Below, piece by piece: positions 28,460-39,100 of a stretch of DNA of 40,284 nt. The notes under the pieces are model-generated. The model saw only the letters and a program-made list of their open reading frames with translations. It did not search any database and was not told the origin of the DNA. The translations under genes and the position numbers were made by a program. The stretch lies in IMG/VR virus record IMGVR_UViG_3300027509_000008, positions 1 through 40,284 of that record; one strand, 5' to 3'. This DNA comes from a virus. Each line of letters opens with the position of its first letter. The first letter of the stretch is position 1.

Positions 28460-29446
28460 ATGGCTGAAGTAAGACTAAGTGACATAATCGACCCTACGAT
28501 TTTTGCCCAACGCGCTCAGGTTCTAACCGAGCAAAAAACCAACGTATTAAACAGTGCTGCTGTTTCACGCTCCCCACAACTAGATGCATTTTTGGCTGGC
28601 GGCGGTAGTGAAGTGGAAGTACACAGCTTTAAAGATCTAGATGATTCTGATGAAAATATCAGCAGCGATGATCCGGCTGTAAAATCTGATAGCTCTAAAA
28701 TCACTGCACAAACCGAAGCAGCTAAACGTCTATCTAGAAACAAATCATGGTCAACTATGGATTTAGCGCGTGATATTAGCGCTATGACTGAAGATCCTGC
28801 TGATGCAATTGCTAACCGTGTTGCAGCTTACTGGGCACGCCGAATCCAAGCAGTCATGATGGCCCAACTAAAAGGTGTATTTGCACAAAACCTAGCCAAT
28901 GAGAACGATATGATTCTGGATATATCTGGTTCTGCTTATAGTGCTGGTGTAACTAATATCACAACTGGTGCAATTGTTGATGCTGTAACTGGTATGGGAA
29001 CGTCACAGGCTAATTTGTCTTCTATCGTTCTACATCCGGTCGTTAAGGCCACTTTGAAAAAGGATAAGTTAGTTGAACTAATTCGCGATCCTTCTACTGA
29101 TCAAGAATTCGAACGAGTGCTTGGTCTAACCGTAATTAACGATGAAACTGTTCCTTTCGATACTGGGGTTTATTCCACATATATCGTCGGCGCAAATTCG
29201 GTGCAATGGGGCATGGCATCGCCTACAACTCCTGTTGAATTTGATCGAGATGCGAAAGCAGGCAATGGGGGTGGGATGGAAACTCTCACAAATCGTGTTG
29301 AGCTTTGTTCTCATATAACTGGTTATACATTTTCTGGTGTGAACAACCCCAGCAATGCTGTACTTGAAGATGCGGCTTCATATTCTCGCGTATATGACGA
29401 AAGAAAACAGTTGAACCTAGTCGAATTAATTACTCGGGAGAGCTAA
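28460..29446 (+). CDS. Major capsid protein
   Basis: 328-aa ORF with a strong Shine-Dalgarno sequence (AGAGGA), lying after the scaffold gene and followed by a strong terminator. Confidence 0.75.
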   Translation: MAEVRLSDIIDPTIFAQRAQVLTEQKTNVLNSAAVSRSPQLDAFLAGGGSEVEVHSFKDLDDSDENISSDDPAVKSDSSKITAQTEAAKRLSRNKSWSTMDLARDISAMTEDPADAIANRVAAYWARRIQAVMMAQLKGVFAQNLANENDMILDISGSAYSAGVTNITTGAIVDAVTGMGTSQANLSSIVLHPVVKATLKKDKLVELIRDPSTDQEFERVLGLTVINDETVPFDTGVYSTYIVGANSVQWGMASPTTPVEFDRDAKAGNGGGMETLTNRVELCSHITGYTFSGVNNPSNAVLEDAASYSRVYDERKQLNLVELITRES

Positions 29447-29486
29447 GAAAAAACTTTTAAACGTAAGTTTAAAGAGTGTGTGGAAT

Positions 29487-29524
29487 GTTGGGACTGCATT
29501 AGTGCAGTCTCAGCTTCTTTTTTT
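29487..29524 (+). terminator. Rho-independent terminator after the capsid gene
   Basis: gttgggactgca-ttag-tgcagtctcagc (about 13 bp including G-U pairs) followed by a T-run. Confidence 0.7.
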
Positions 29525-29531
29525 ATAAATA
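29524..29531 (+). promoter_or_regulatory. TATAAATA plus a long CA-repeat leader
   Basis: cttttttTATAAATAcatacacaaacacacaacacttcaaagag...ATG. Confidence 0.4.
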
Positions 29532-29569
29532 CATACACAAACACACAACACTTCAAAGAGTAATTAATT

Positions 29570-29920
29570 ATGTCAGAAGATAACGAACAAGAACAACAAG
29601 AACAACTAGATCAAGAAGACGATCAAGAACAAATCAAAACTAAAGCTAAAGCAAAATCAAAAAAAGTCTCTAAGCCTAAAGACCCTATGAAAAAGGTTAA
29701 TGAAGACGCTGCTGAAGCTCTAGCCGCTAAACAAAAAGCTGATGCTGATTATGAAGAAGCTCGCCAAGCACGTTTCAAAGTATTAAATGATGAAGCTAAG
29801 GCAACTGATAAGCAAGCTCTAATGCTTGATGAAGTTAGACGCTATCAACAATCAGCAATTAAACAACGTGCTAAAGAAGCAGAACTAAAAGCAGCACTAG
29901 CAACCAAGTTATTGAAGTAA
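29570..29920 (+). CDS. Hypothetical K/A/E-rich protein (head-associated by position)
   Basis: 116-aa ORF with an acidic Q/E-rich N-terminus followed by a Lys/Ala-rich helical region. Confidence 0.5.
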   Translation: MSEDNEQEQQEQLDQEDDQEQIKTKAKAKSKKVSKPKDPMKKVNEDAAEALAAKQKADADYEEARQARFKVLNDEAKATDKQALMLDEVRRYQQSAIKQRAKEAELKAALATKLLK

Positions 29921-29924
29921 TCCA

Positions 29925-30428
29925 ATGGCTATCATTGTTGAAGACGGTAGTGGTATTGAAAATGCAAATTCATATGTTTCGAAAGAAGATATGGTTGCAT
30001 TTCTAGCTGCACGTAATTTAGAAATTGAAGCCGATAATCAGAGTGCTTCATTATTCCTTGCAATGAGTATCTTAGAAGCAGAAAGCTTTAAAGGTTCCAA
30101 AGAAGAATCATCACAAGCACTCTCTTTTCCACGATCACAAATCACTGATAAAGAAGGTAACGATATTGCAGAGAACACAATTCCTAGTAGTGTCGTTAAT
30201 GCTTTGTGCTTTTTAGCTTATTACCTAGATCAAGATGAAGACTTTATTGGACAAGCAGAGCCAGCAGTAAAAGAACGAATGATTGATATATTAAAAGTTA
30301 AATTTGCTGTCGGGGAGGATTTAGTAGCGCAAAAAAATAATATCAAAAGTCTTCCGTTAGTTTATAACCAGATTAAGCATCTTCTAAAGAATAGCTCTAG
30401 CAATTCTGGACGTACTATTCGTGGCTAA
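29925..30428 (+). CDS. Head-tail adaptor (gp6/DnaT-like connector family)
   Basis: The N-terminus MAIIVEDGSGIENANSYVSKEDMVAFLAARN matches the typical G.G...aNSYvs..ea..yl..R start of these adaptors. Confidence 0.6.
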   Translation: MAIIVEDGSGIENANSYVSKEDMVAFLAARNLEIEADNQSASLFLAMSILEAESFKGSKEESSQALSFPRSQITDKEGNDIAENTIPSSVVNALCFLAYYLDQDEDFIGQAEPAVKERMIDILKVKFAVGEDLVAQKNNIKSLPLVYNQIKHLLKNSSSNSGRTIRG

Positions 30429-30810
30429 TTTTCTAAAAGATCAGCGTAGCGCGACTAAAGATATAAAAGAGAACGGAAGACTCGTAACCCTATTATCTCC
30501 TAAAGCATCTACTCCAACAGCGTCTAAAAGATCAAGTCATGGTTTTAATCAAGACTATTCTTCAGGTGCACCTAGTTCTGATGGTTTGTATGATGAAACC
30601 CAAATCAGTGTAGTTCAGACTAGCTTCGATAGTGAAATGGTTGATGGTGTAAAGATCAGACAGACAGACTTACGCTTATTAGCATCTGGTGCATTAACAA
30701 TTTCAAGCTCACACAAAATCAAAGATGGTAATCGAACATACGATATTTTAAATATTGAAACAGTTCGTCCAAGCAATATCATAATTTTGTACAAATTACA
30801 GGTTAGATAA
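30421..30810 (+). CDS. Head closure / neck protein (by position)
   Basis: 129-aa ORF with a GTG start that overlaps the upstream gene by 8 nt. Confidence 0.4.
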   Translation: MANFLKDQRSATKDIKENGRLVTLLSPKASTPTASKRSSHGFNQDYSSGAPSSDGLYDETQISVVQTSFDSEMVDGVKIRQTDLRLLASGALTISSSHKIKDGNRTYDILNIETVRPSNIIILYKLQVR

Positions 30811-30812
30811 TC

Positions 30813-31199
30813 ATGAGTGTTGATATTAATGCAGTAATTGCACAAATGTTTGAAGACACAACTGATGCATATCGCCTTACATGCGCTCTTACAAGCTCAG
30901 AGTGCGTAGATGAAACACCAGTACTATCGGGTTCACTACAAGCTTCATGGACGCCTAACGCTGGCCCTCCTAAGCCTGAGAACATTGATACAAGAGGTGA
31001 GAACTCTAAACGCCATGACATTTCAGGAGTAATAAATGAACTAGAGCTGGATGATGAATATTCTTTATCTAATGCACAGCCTTATGCACTTATTACAGAG
31101 TTTGAAAATCATTCAGCTAAAGGTGATCTTATGCTGACTAAAGCAACAGAACGATTTTCTGCATTTGCAGATCAAGCAATGAAAAAGCACATGAAATAA
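30813..31199 (+). CDS. Neck / tail completion protein (by position)
   Basis: 128-aa ORF in the connector cluster. Confidence 0.4.
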   Translation: MSVDINAVIAQMFEDTTDAYRLTCALTSSECVDETPVLSGSLQASWTPNAGPPKPENIDTRGENSKRHDISGVINELELDDEYSLSNAQPYALITEFENHSAKGDLMLTKATERFSAFADQAMKKHMK

Positions 31200-31201
31200 A
31201 T

Positions 31202-31660
31202 ATGGAATTTTTACTCAGACAGACATATTACAACGCTCTTGAATCATTTGCTTCAACTAACAACGTGGATATCATATTTCCACAAACTGATAATGCACAA
31301 GAGACTGAAGACAACGAATCAAACCTAATACCAGATGATTTTGAGAATAATGAAATCTTCTATAAATGCAAAATTCGCTCAGTAGTACCAGACACTATAG
31401 GCATTAGATACGGTCTTGCATATTATAAATGGATTGTTCAGTGCTCAATTTATACCAAAGCTGGCATCACAGAATCACTAGCTTCTTATCATGCAGACCT
31501 ACTTAAAGAAGAATTTAAATTTGGTGCCAAAAAAGAAGCGTCCGACACTAAATACACATACAAGTTTAAACAAGAAACGAATATACGATTAGCAAGCCCG
31601 ATTAAGGTAGCCAATTTTGTTGCACTTCCCTGTTTATTCACTGTTGCAACAGTAAGATAA
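31202..31660 (+). CDS. Tail terminator candidate (by position)
   Basis: 152-aa ORF immediately upstream of the tail tube gene. Confidence 0.4.
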   Translation: MEFLLRQTYYNALESFASTNNVDIIFPQTDNAQETEDNESNLIPDDFENNEIFYKCKIRSVVPDTIGIRYGLAYYKWIVQCSIYTKAGITESLASYHADLLKEEFKFGAKKEASDTKYTYKFKQETNIRLASPIKVANFVALPCLFTVATVR

Positions 31661-31709
31661 TTTTAACAATTTAATTTAACACTTTATATATAAAGAGGAT
31701 ATACAACAA

Positions 31710-32174
31710 ATGGCATCACAAGGAAAAACAGGAATAGGCAGTTACATTGAAGCAACAACTGATTTGGTTGACCCAGCACTAGCTAAAGATGAGACAAACT
31801 ATGCGGCCCTCACAAATTTTAAAGCCAGTAATGAAGAAATATCCGTTGGCAGCAACGGGAGCACGAACTCAATCGTGAGTTACACGACAATTCGCGACGG
31901 CCAAACTAACAAGAGGGTCAGCTTCTCTGATCAAGGCACCATGCAGCTTCAATTCGCGTGGAACGTAGAGGATGATTTACAGGTTTTACTTAAAGCTGCT
32001 GCTAAATCAAAAGCACGTATTACTGTACGTGAAAATCTTTCTGATGGAACAGTTTCATATTTTGAATGCTATGTTTCCAGCGCTACAAAAAACACTGGTG
32101 ATGGAAACTCTGTGATCATGTTTGACGCTACTGCCGAGATAACTACAGAGATACTAGAAATCTTGCCTGCTTAA
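31710..32174 (+). CDS. Major tail (tube) protein
   Basis: 154-aa ORF with Shine-Dalgarno AAGAGGA, followed by a strong terminator and then the chaperone and tape-measure genes. Confidence 0.6.
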   Translation: MASQGKTGIGSYIEATTDLVDPALAKDETNYAALTNFKASNEEISVGSNGSTNSIVSYTTIRDGQTNKRVSFSDQGTMQLQFAWNVEDDLQVLLKAAAKSKARITVRENLSDGTVSYFECYVSSATKNTGDGNSVIMFDATAEITTEILEILPA

Positions 32175-32201
32175 TTTTAAATAATTAAAGCTTAAAAACT
32201 C

Positions 32202-32237
32202 AAAGCCTGTCCCATTGATTTGGGATGGGCTTTTTTT
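32202..32237 (+). terminator. Rho-independent terminator after the tail tube gene
   Basis: aaagcctgtccca-ttgatt-tgggatgggcttt with a T7 run. Confidence 0.75.
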
Positions 32238-32261
32238 GTGTCTGTGTTTCGTGCTGATTCT

Positions 32262-32269
32262 TATAAATA
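32262..32269 (+). promoter_or_regulatory. TATAAATA (plus a second TATAAATT at 32276-32283) with a CA-repeat leader
   Basis: ttcTTATAAATAcaagtgattttataaattcacacacaaaggaaaacacacaATG. Confidence 0.4.
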
Positions 32270-32309
32270 CAAGTGATTTTATAAATTCACACACAAAGGA
32301 AAACACACA

Positions 32310-32720
32310 ATGAAATTATCAGCCTTAGCAGTAAACGAGACAACCACTTTAGAACTAATCAATCCAAATACAGAAGCTCCGCTTGGAATTTTTGTAGAAG
32401 TTCACACACCAGATTCAGCTAAGTGGAAACAGTTAGATAAGAAGTACAAAGATCATACAAAGAAGACTTCTATTTTAATTGGAAAGAAGGGCGAAAAAAA
32501 TGAATATCAAGTAGATCCCTCGGAGGCTGAAAGCCGTGAAAAGGTTTTAATCGCCGCTGTAATCGAAATTACAGGCATCGAAGACGATGATTTCAACGGT
32601 AAGGCTCAAGCAGATATTCAGAAGCTTTTAAAAGATGTTTCATACCGATGGATGCTTGAACAGATCGGAGAACATTGTTCGGAGCGTAGTAATTATTTTT
32701 CGCTTCTAAGCAGCGATTAA
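32310..32720 (+). CDS. Tail assembly chaperone (gpG-like)
   Basis: 136-aa ORF between the tail tube and tape-measure genes. Confidence 0.65.
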   Translation: MKLSALAVNETTTLELINPNTEAPLGIFVEVHTPDSAKWKQLDKKYKDHTKKTSILIGKKGEKNEYQVDPSEAESREKVLIAAVIEITGIEDDDFNGKAQADIQKLLKDVSYRWMLEQIGEHCSERSNYFSLLSSD

Positions 32721-33157
32721 TACTAGTCGCTGAAAGTTATGCATGGTTGGGCGCGGTGCAAGATCGTTCTAATATCGGAGTGGAAATTCCGGTATTAGAT
32801 TCATATGAGGAATTTATGTTCGAAACAGCAAAAGAAATAGGTTTATCAAGAAATGGAAAATCTGTTTCATTGACTGAAATCGAAAGTTATATTCGTTTAT
32901 CGGGTATTAAATTCACTTTGCCTGAAATTCATCTTCTTCAAGATATCTCTGCTGCGTTCGTTAATGGCTCTCATTACTATCAAGATGATAAGCGTAAAGA
33001 TGCTGAACCACCATTTAAAACAGAGCTGACTCTACAAGCACGTCAAGATGCTTATAACGAGCAACGTAAACAAGAACGTGCTGAACACAACGCAAATATT
33101 ACAGCTAAACGAGAAGCTGAAGAAGCTAAAGCACTAAAGAATAATGGTGCTAAGTAA
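32693..33157 (+). CDS. Tail assembly chaperone -1 frameshift extension (gpGT-like)
   Basis: The -1 frame opens at 32693, 28 nt before the gpG-like stop. There is no ATG or Shine-Dalgarno sequence (the ORF track uses the TTG at 32747). A T5 run lies at 32696-32700 in the overlap. Confidence 0.55.
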   Translation, partial: LFFASKQRLILVAESYAWLGAVQDRSNIGVEIPVLDSYEEFMFETAKEIGLSRNGKSVSLTEIESYIRLSGIKFTLPEIHLLQDISAAFVNGSHYYQDDKRKDAEPPFKTELTLQARQDAYNEQRKQERAEHNANITAKREAEEAKALKNNGAK

Positions 33158-36100
33158 TGGCGTATAAGAGTGAACTAGCTTTTATTGTAAAAGCTCAAGG
33201 TATAAATAAAACCAAAGCAGATTTGGCTGCAATGGGTACTACTGGTACTAAGTCTACCACTGCCATGACTGCTGGTTTTAATAGACTAAAGCTAGCCGTT
33301 GGTGGCATTGGATTAGCACTAGTTGCAAAAGAAGCTGTATCAATGGCTACAAGCTTTCAAGCATCAATGAATGATGTACAAGAGAAGTTAAACCTAACTG
33401 GTGATGCAATGGTAGAGGTTAAAAACTTTGCTCTTGATATGGGTGCAACTACAGCTTTTTCAGCTTCTGAAGCAGGTGATGCATTAAGTGATCTTGCAGC
33501 ATTGGGATTAGATGCTAGCGAATCAATGAAAGCTCTACCCGATGTACTAAATCTAGCAGCAAGTTCAGGACTTACTCTTGACGACGCTGCAAGAAAAACA
33601 GCAGTAACTCTTAAACAGTTTGGATTAGATGTTGATCAATCAACTCGTGTAGTTGATCTACTAGCTGGAGCGGCTGATTCTAGTGCTGCTAATGTTAGTT
33701 ATTTAACTGAAGTATTTGGTAAGGCAGGTCCAACTGCAACTGAGTTAGGTGTATCAATGGAAGAATTAGCATCTGCTGCTGGTGTTCTAGCGGATAAAGG
33801 TGTTAAGGCTGAAATTGCAGCAACAGGGCTAAAAAATATTATGCCTCAATTGATAACACCTTCAAATGCTGTTGCAGAAAAGCTTGGACTTTTAGGAATT
33901 AAGGTTGAAGACTTTGTAACTGTTGCTGCAAATGGAGAGAGACAGTTTATAGGACTAGGTGCAGCATTTGATCTGATAAAAGATTCTGGTGCAGATGTTC
34001 CTGCTGTAATGGAAATACTTGGCCGTGAGATGACAAGTTTACTACCTGTAGTGCGAGGTGGTTCAGAACTAATGCAGGGATATGCAGACGCTACAGACGC
34101 TGCTGCTAGTGCTTCAAAACAAGCACAAACACAAATGCAGGGACTTCCCGGAGCTTTCAAATTATTATCTTCAGCATGGCAAGCCGTAAACCTAGCAGTA
34201 ATAGGAAGTGGTGAGTTAATTGAAACTACTATTAGAGGATTAGCTAAGTTACTTATATGGTTGGCTCAAGTAGGAGTTCCAGCTATACAAGTAGTTTATG
34301 AAGCATTTAAATCTCTTTTTACAGTAGATATAGACCCAGTAACTGGCCAGATAACCAGAATGGGTACGGCAATGCAAATTCTTAAACCTATTGTCGATGG
34401 TCTTATTACAGGCTTTAAATTGGTTTGGGATTTAATTAAAACAATCGCAGAAGCTTTCATAGCTTTAAATAATGCGATACCAATTAGTGATGTAAAAATT
34501 CTCACTACTGTTTTAACTGCACTTGGTAAAACATTAGGTGTTCTTGCTCCAGCAATTGTTTTAATTGGTACTGGTTTAGTTGCAGCTAAAGTAGCCACTA
34601 TTGCATGGGGTAAAGCCGTAACCGTATATGCAACCATTGCTAAAACAATCACAACTATTACAACTGCTGTTAAGTTCTTAACAATAGCAATGGCTGCAAA
34701 TCCAATTTTAGCTCTTGTTACAGCTCTAGCACTTGCAGCAATCGTTCTTATAACTAATTGGGATAAGGTAGCACCATTTTTTAAGAAGATGTTTGATTCC
34801 GTTTCAGGTCTTTTTACAGGCTTTGTTAAATATAATACAGACCTTTTAAAGAAATTTATTCCAACTGATTTAATTTTTGCAGCATGGGATGGTGTTAAGA
34901 GTTATTTCTCTAATTTATTTTCAACTACCATAGAAATATTTTCAGAAGGTTTTCGATTAATTAAATCTGCAATATTTGATTATCATCCAGCCATTTTAAT
35001 TTACAAGCACTGGGATGATCTTCCACGATTCTTTCTAACGATACTTCCAAAAGCTCAGGTAGCAATCGTTGCAGGCTTTCAATCAATCAAAGTTGCCATA
35101 GCTACAAAATTAGATGAAACATTTGCAGCAATTTCAAAATGGGTTTCTGATGTTATTAAAATGTTCTCAGAAATGGGACCAAAAATAATCAAGGCTGTTA
35201 AAGATGGAATAGTTGATTTACCACAAACATTAGGCGAGCTTGGCGCAAAAGGAATTTTAGCTTTTATAGGTGCTACTGATGCTGCTAAAGATTTGGTTAC
35301 TGGTGCTGGTAAAGATACAGCTAATAGTTTTACTGAAGGTGCTGCAAGTCAATTAGACAGTATTGCTAACTTTGGAACTGCAACTACAAATGAATATGTT
35401 TCTGGTATTACTTCAAGTGCTGATGCTGTTGCTGAAGCTGGTCAAGAATTGTCTGATGCTGTAACAGTTCCATTAGAAGATGCTGTTGAAGTTGTAAAAA
35501 CAAAATTTCAAGAACTATCTGAAGCTGCTGATATTCAAAGAATCGCATTAACTAAAGGTGCTGATGCTGCTCGTATACATACATTATCTATGGAAGACAT
35601 GTCTATTGAAGAAGCTAAGGCTGTTGTGGCAAAAGAAAATTATAATAAGCAACTAGAAAAACAACAACAACTTCAAGAAAAATTAGATGGCATAGTTGAT
35701 CAAGCAAACCAAGATTTAGAATACTCAAACATACTTTTAAATGATGGTGTTGATGCTGCTTATGCATATGCTCTAGAACTTGAAGGTATGGAAAAAGGAC
35801 TTGCTGAATCTACGGTAGCAACTGAAAATCAAACACAAGCAAATATTGATGCATTTAGAACTCAGGAAGATGTTAAAGCCAGTATTGAAGAAGCAAATGA
35901 AGCACTAAAGATTTCTAAAATACGTCTTAATGAAGGTGAAGAAGCTGCACGATTATATACACTTGAAACACAAGGTCTATCAACTGCTAAAGCTGCTGAT
36001 GTTATAGCTACAGAAAATCAAACAAAAGCTAATGAAGATGCTATTGCCATAATTGGAGAATTATCCAATTCAATTGAAGACACTTTGATTTCTGTTCTTG

Positions 36101-39100
36101 ATGGTTCGAAGTCTGCAAAAGATGCTTTCTCTGATCTAGGTGATTGGCTCACTGATTGGCTAAAGAAGAAAATACTTGAGTTTGCATCTAATGCAATTCT
36201 AGTTTCTGTAGGTCTTGGTGATACTACTGCATTAACAGAAGGTCTAACTGCTCTTAAAGCTGTTGGTTCTAAAATAATAAGTGGTATTGGAAGTGTTTTT
36301 GGAGGCAGTGCTGCTGTAGCCGGTACTTCTGGTACTGCTGGTGGTCTTGGAGCTGCTGGTGCTAGTGCAGGGCTTCCTGCTGCATCTTCTATAGGCCCAG
36401 CAGTTGCTGCTGCTGCTCCTGTTGTGGCTGCTTTAGTAGTTGCTTATATTGGTAAGGAATTCTTATCAAGTGCTTTGGGTGGGGATGTAAAGGCAAGAGG
36501 AAATGGTGTAGAAGTAGGAGTTGGAGATAATGGTGCTTTAGAGGCTCAGAATTTTCAAGACTACTCAAAAAGAAAAGCTCTATGGTCGGGTACAAAACGA
36601 TGGACAGAATATGACGATGTAGACAGCGATGTATTTGCAGGTCTTAATACCGCTCTTTCTAGTGTTACAGATTCTGTTGTTAATCAATTTGAACAGATGG
36701 GTTCACAATCTAGTGATGCAATTTTAAGTGGATTTAATGTTGAGTCAGTTAAATTATATGCAGCTACTTTTGATGAAGATTTAGCTGAATGGTTAGCATC
36801 ATCACAAGAAGAAGCTTATAGAGTTGCCATAAACAATGCATCTCCAAAAATACAATCATTGATCAGTGATCAGGTAGGAGACATAACTGAAGCAACTGGT
36901 GAAGAATTAGCTCAAGCATCAACACTAGTATCAACAGCAATTGGTGTTATAGGTCCAGCATTTGAATCACTTGGTGTAGATTTTGGAAACGCTAGTGATA
37001 CCGTTATACATAATGTTAGTGGATTCGGTAGAGAATTAGAGCTTACTGGTGAAACCACTTATACAGCAGCAAACAATATGATTCTATTAACAGAAGCATT
37101 AGGTGGTGCTGATCTGGCTACTCAAAAACTTAATTACGTTATGCAAAACCTAGCTCCAGAAGCTATAGGAACTCAATTTACTATAGATAATATGGCTGGT
37201 TCTTTAACTGAATTTGATGCAGCTACGCAAGCAGCAGGATTTGGAACAATTCGAACTAAAGATGCATTGTATGAATTTATAACTAGCCAAGAAAAATTAG
37301 GTGAAGCTGGAATAGAAAATATTGCAATTGCAGTAGACAATGCAGCAGCAGTTATAGCTCTATCAGAAGCACTAGAAGCACAGCAAGCAAGAACCACTGC
37401 AATCACTGAAACGTTCTATGCATTAGGTGTAAGTATTGACCCATTAGCTCCAACATTTGGGCAGGCTTCAGAAGCCATTGTAGAGCTTATGGGAGGCTTT
37501 GATGCTTTCACAAGTCAGACTTCCAGCTACATAGATCAATACTACAGCGATTCGGAGAAAGAGTCTCTAGCACGTAATAACAATGCAGCCAGTATTTTAG
37601 CGTTAAACGAAACTCTTGGATTATCTCAAGGCTCTTATATCGACACAAAAGAAGAATTAAGAGCGTTTGTAGATAGCTTAGATAATTTGGACACAGACCC
37701 CGCACAACAGTCGATGTTCGCGTTAGCTATGAGCATGGCAGATGGTGTTGCAGAATTCGACGCTGGCGGGAAAACTCTAACAGAAGTTCTTGGTGGTATC
37801 TCACAAGAAGAATTCCCTAACTTTGAATATCAGCTAGGACAATCAAGAGAACAATTAAATCAGTTTGCTATTGATGCTGAAGCTGCTCGTAATCAAACGT
37901 CTGCTTTAAGTGAAGCATTTATTGAAAATGCACGATTAACAGCAGAATCTACAGCAGCAACTGAATATATCAATGTTGTTAATCAACAATTAACTGATGG
38001 TCTTATCACGCAGGCAGATGCAACAATTTTAATTGATAATCTAAAACAAGAAGCATCAGATAAAGAGCTTGCTGCAACACAAGTTCTTATAGATGCCGCT
38101 AACAATAAGACAACAATAGAAATTGATAACGCTAATGCAGTTGTAGATGCAACGGTTAATGCAGCCGCTGCAAAAGTAGAAGCAGAATTTAATGCTAATG
38201 ATGCCATTGCAGCAAACCAAGCTCAATATCATGCTGATCAATTAAGAGAAACACAGGTTTCTATTCTAAACAGAATACGCGCTGAAGCAGAAGCCAATGG
38301 AACACTTCTCACAATGTCTCAACAGATAAGAGAAGGTCTAGCAAAGAAACGTGCAGAAGCAGATGCAGCAGAGCTAGCAGATAAAGTAGTTCATGTTGCT
38401 TCTTTAAAGCTTGCTCAATTGAATGCTGATAAAGCTTCTTTGGATCTTAGTACTAAACATGGTGTTGAAAAAGCTAAATTACTAAGTCAGCAAATCACAG
38501 ATCAAGAAAGGAAATTATTATCTCTTAAAGATAATGCTATTCAAAAATTCCAAGAAATGAACACTGGTATTTTGGGTAAGACAGATACAATTAAAAATAC
38601 TGTTACTGGTGCATTTGGAGATATTTCAAATTCAGTTGCTGGTGTTCTATCTAGTATTTCTAAGTCTGCATTTGATGCTAAAAATGCTGCTGATCAAGCA
38701 AGACAAATTAGAGAATTCACTGCTAATCGTGCTGCTGATTTTGAACAGAAATATAGCACTGCTGAAATCATGGCAAACATTAATAAGAATAATGGTATCG
38801 ACGGTTCACATATGCTTGGTTTAGCAAAAGTTCCGTATGACGGATACATTGCAGAGACACATAAGGACGAGGCCATACTCACACCAGCACAAGCCGAAAA
38901 ATGGCGTAATGGTGAAGTTAATCGTGATATGCCTACTCCTGTTCGAACCAATAACAATAATTCAAATGTAGTTGTTTTGAACGATATTAAGAAAGAGTTA
39001 ATGAAGCAACGTGAGTCTAATGAAAAACTAATGGCAAGAAACAATCAGCTAACTGAAATGGTTGTTAATGGTTCATACAAGACTGCATCTAAAGTTGAAG

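Noticed and set aside
29264-29271. Inverted copy of the iteron core (AATGGGGG) inside the major capsid gene
   Set aside because: It is a single 8-mer encoding part of NGGG and has none of the flanking iteron sequence. It is most likely a coincidence.
33846-34652. Minus-strand ORFs inside the tape measure gene (33846..34160 and 34296..34652, plus 36389..36595, 37173..37406, 37508..37705, 37983..38241 and 38694..39044) and the + strand out-of-frame ORF 38609..38824
   Set aside because: They lie fully inside a long, well-supported gene. They have low-complexity A/S/L-rich or odd compositions typical of shadow ORFs, and no ribosome-binding sites were noticed.
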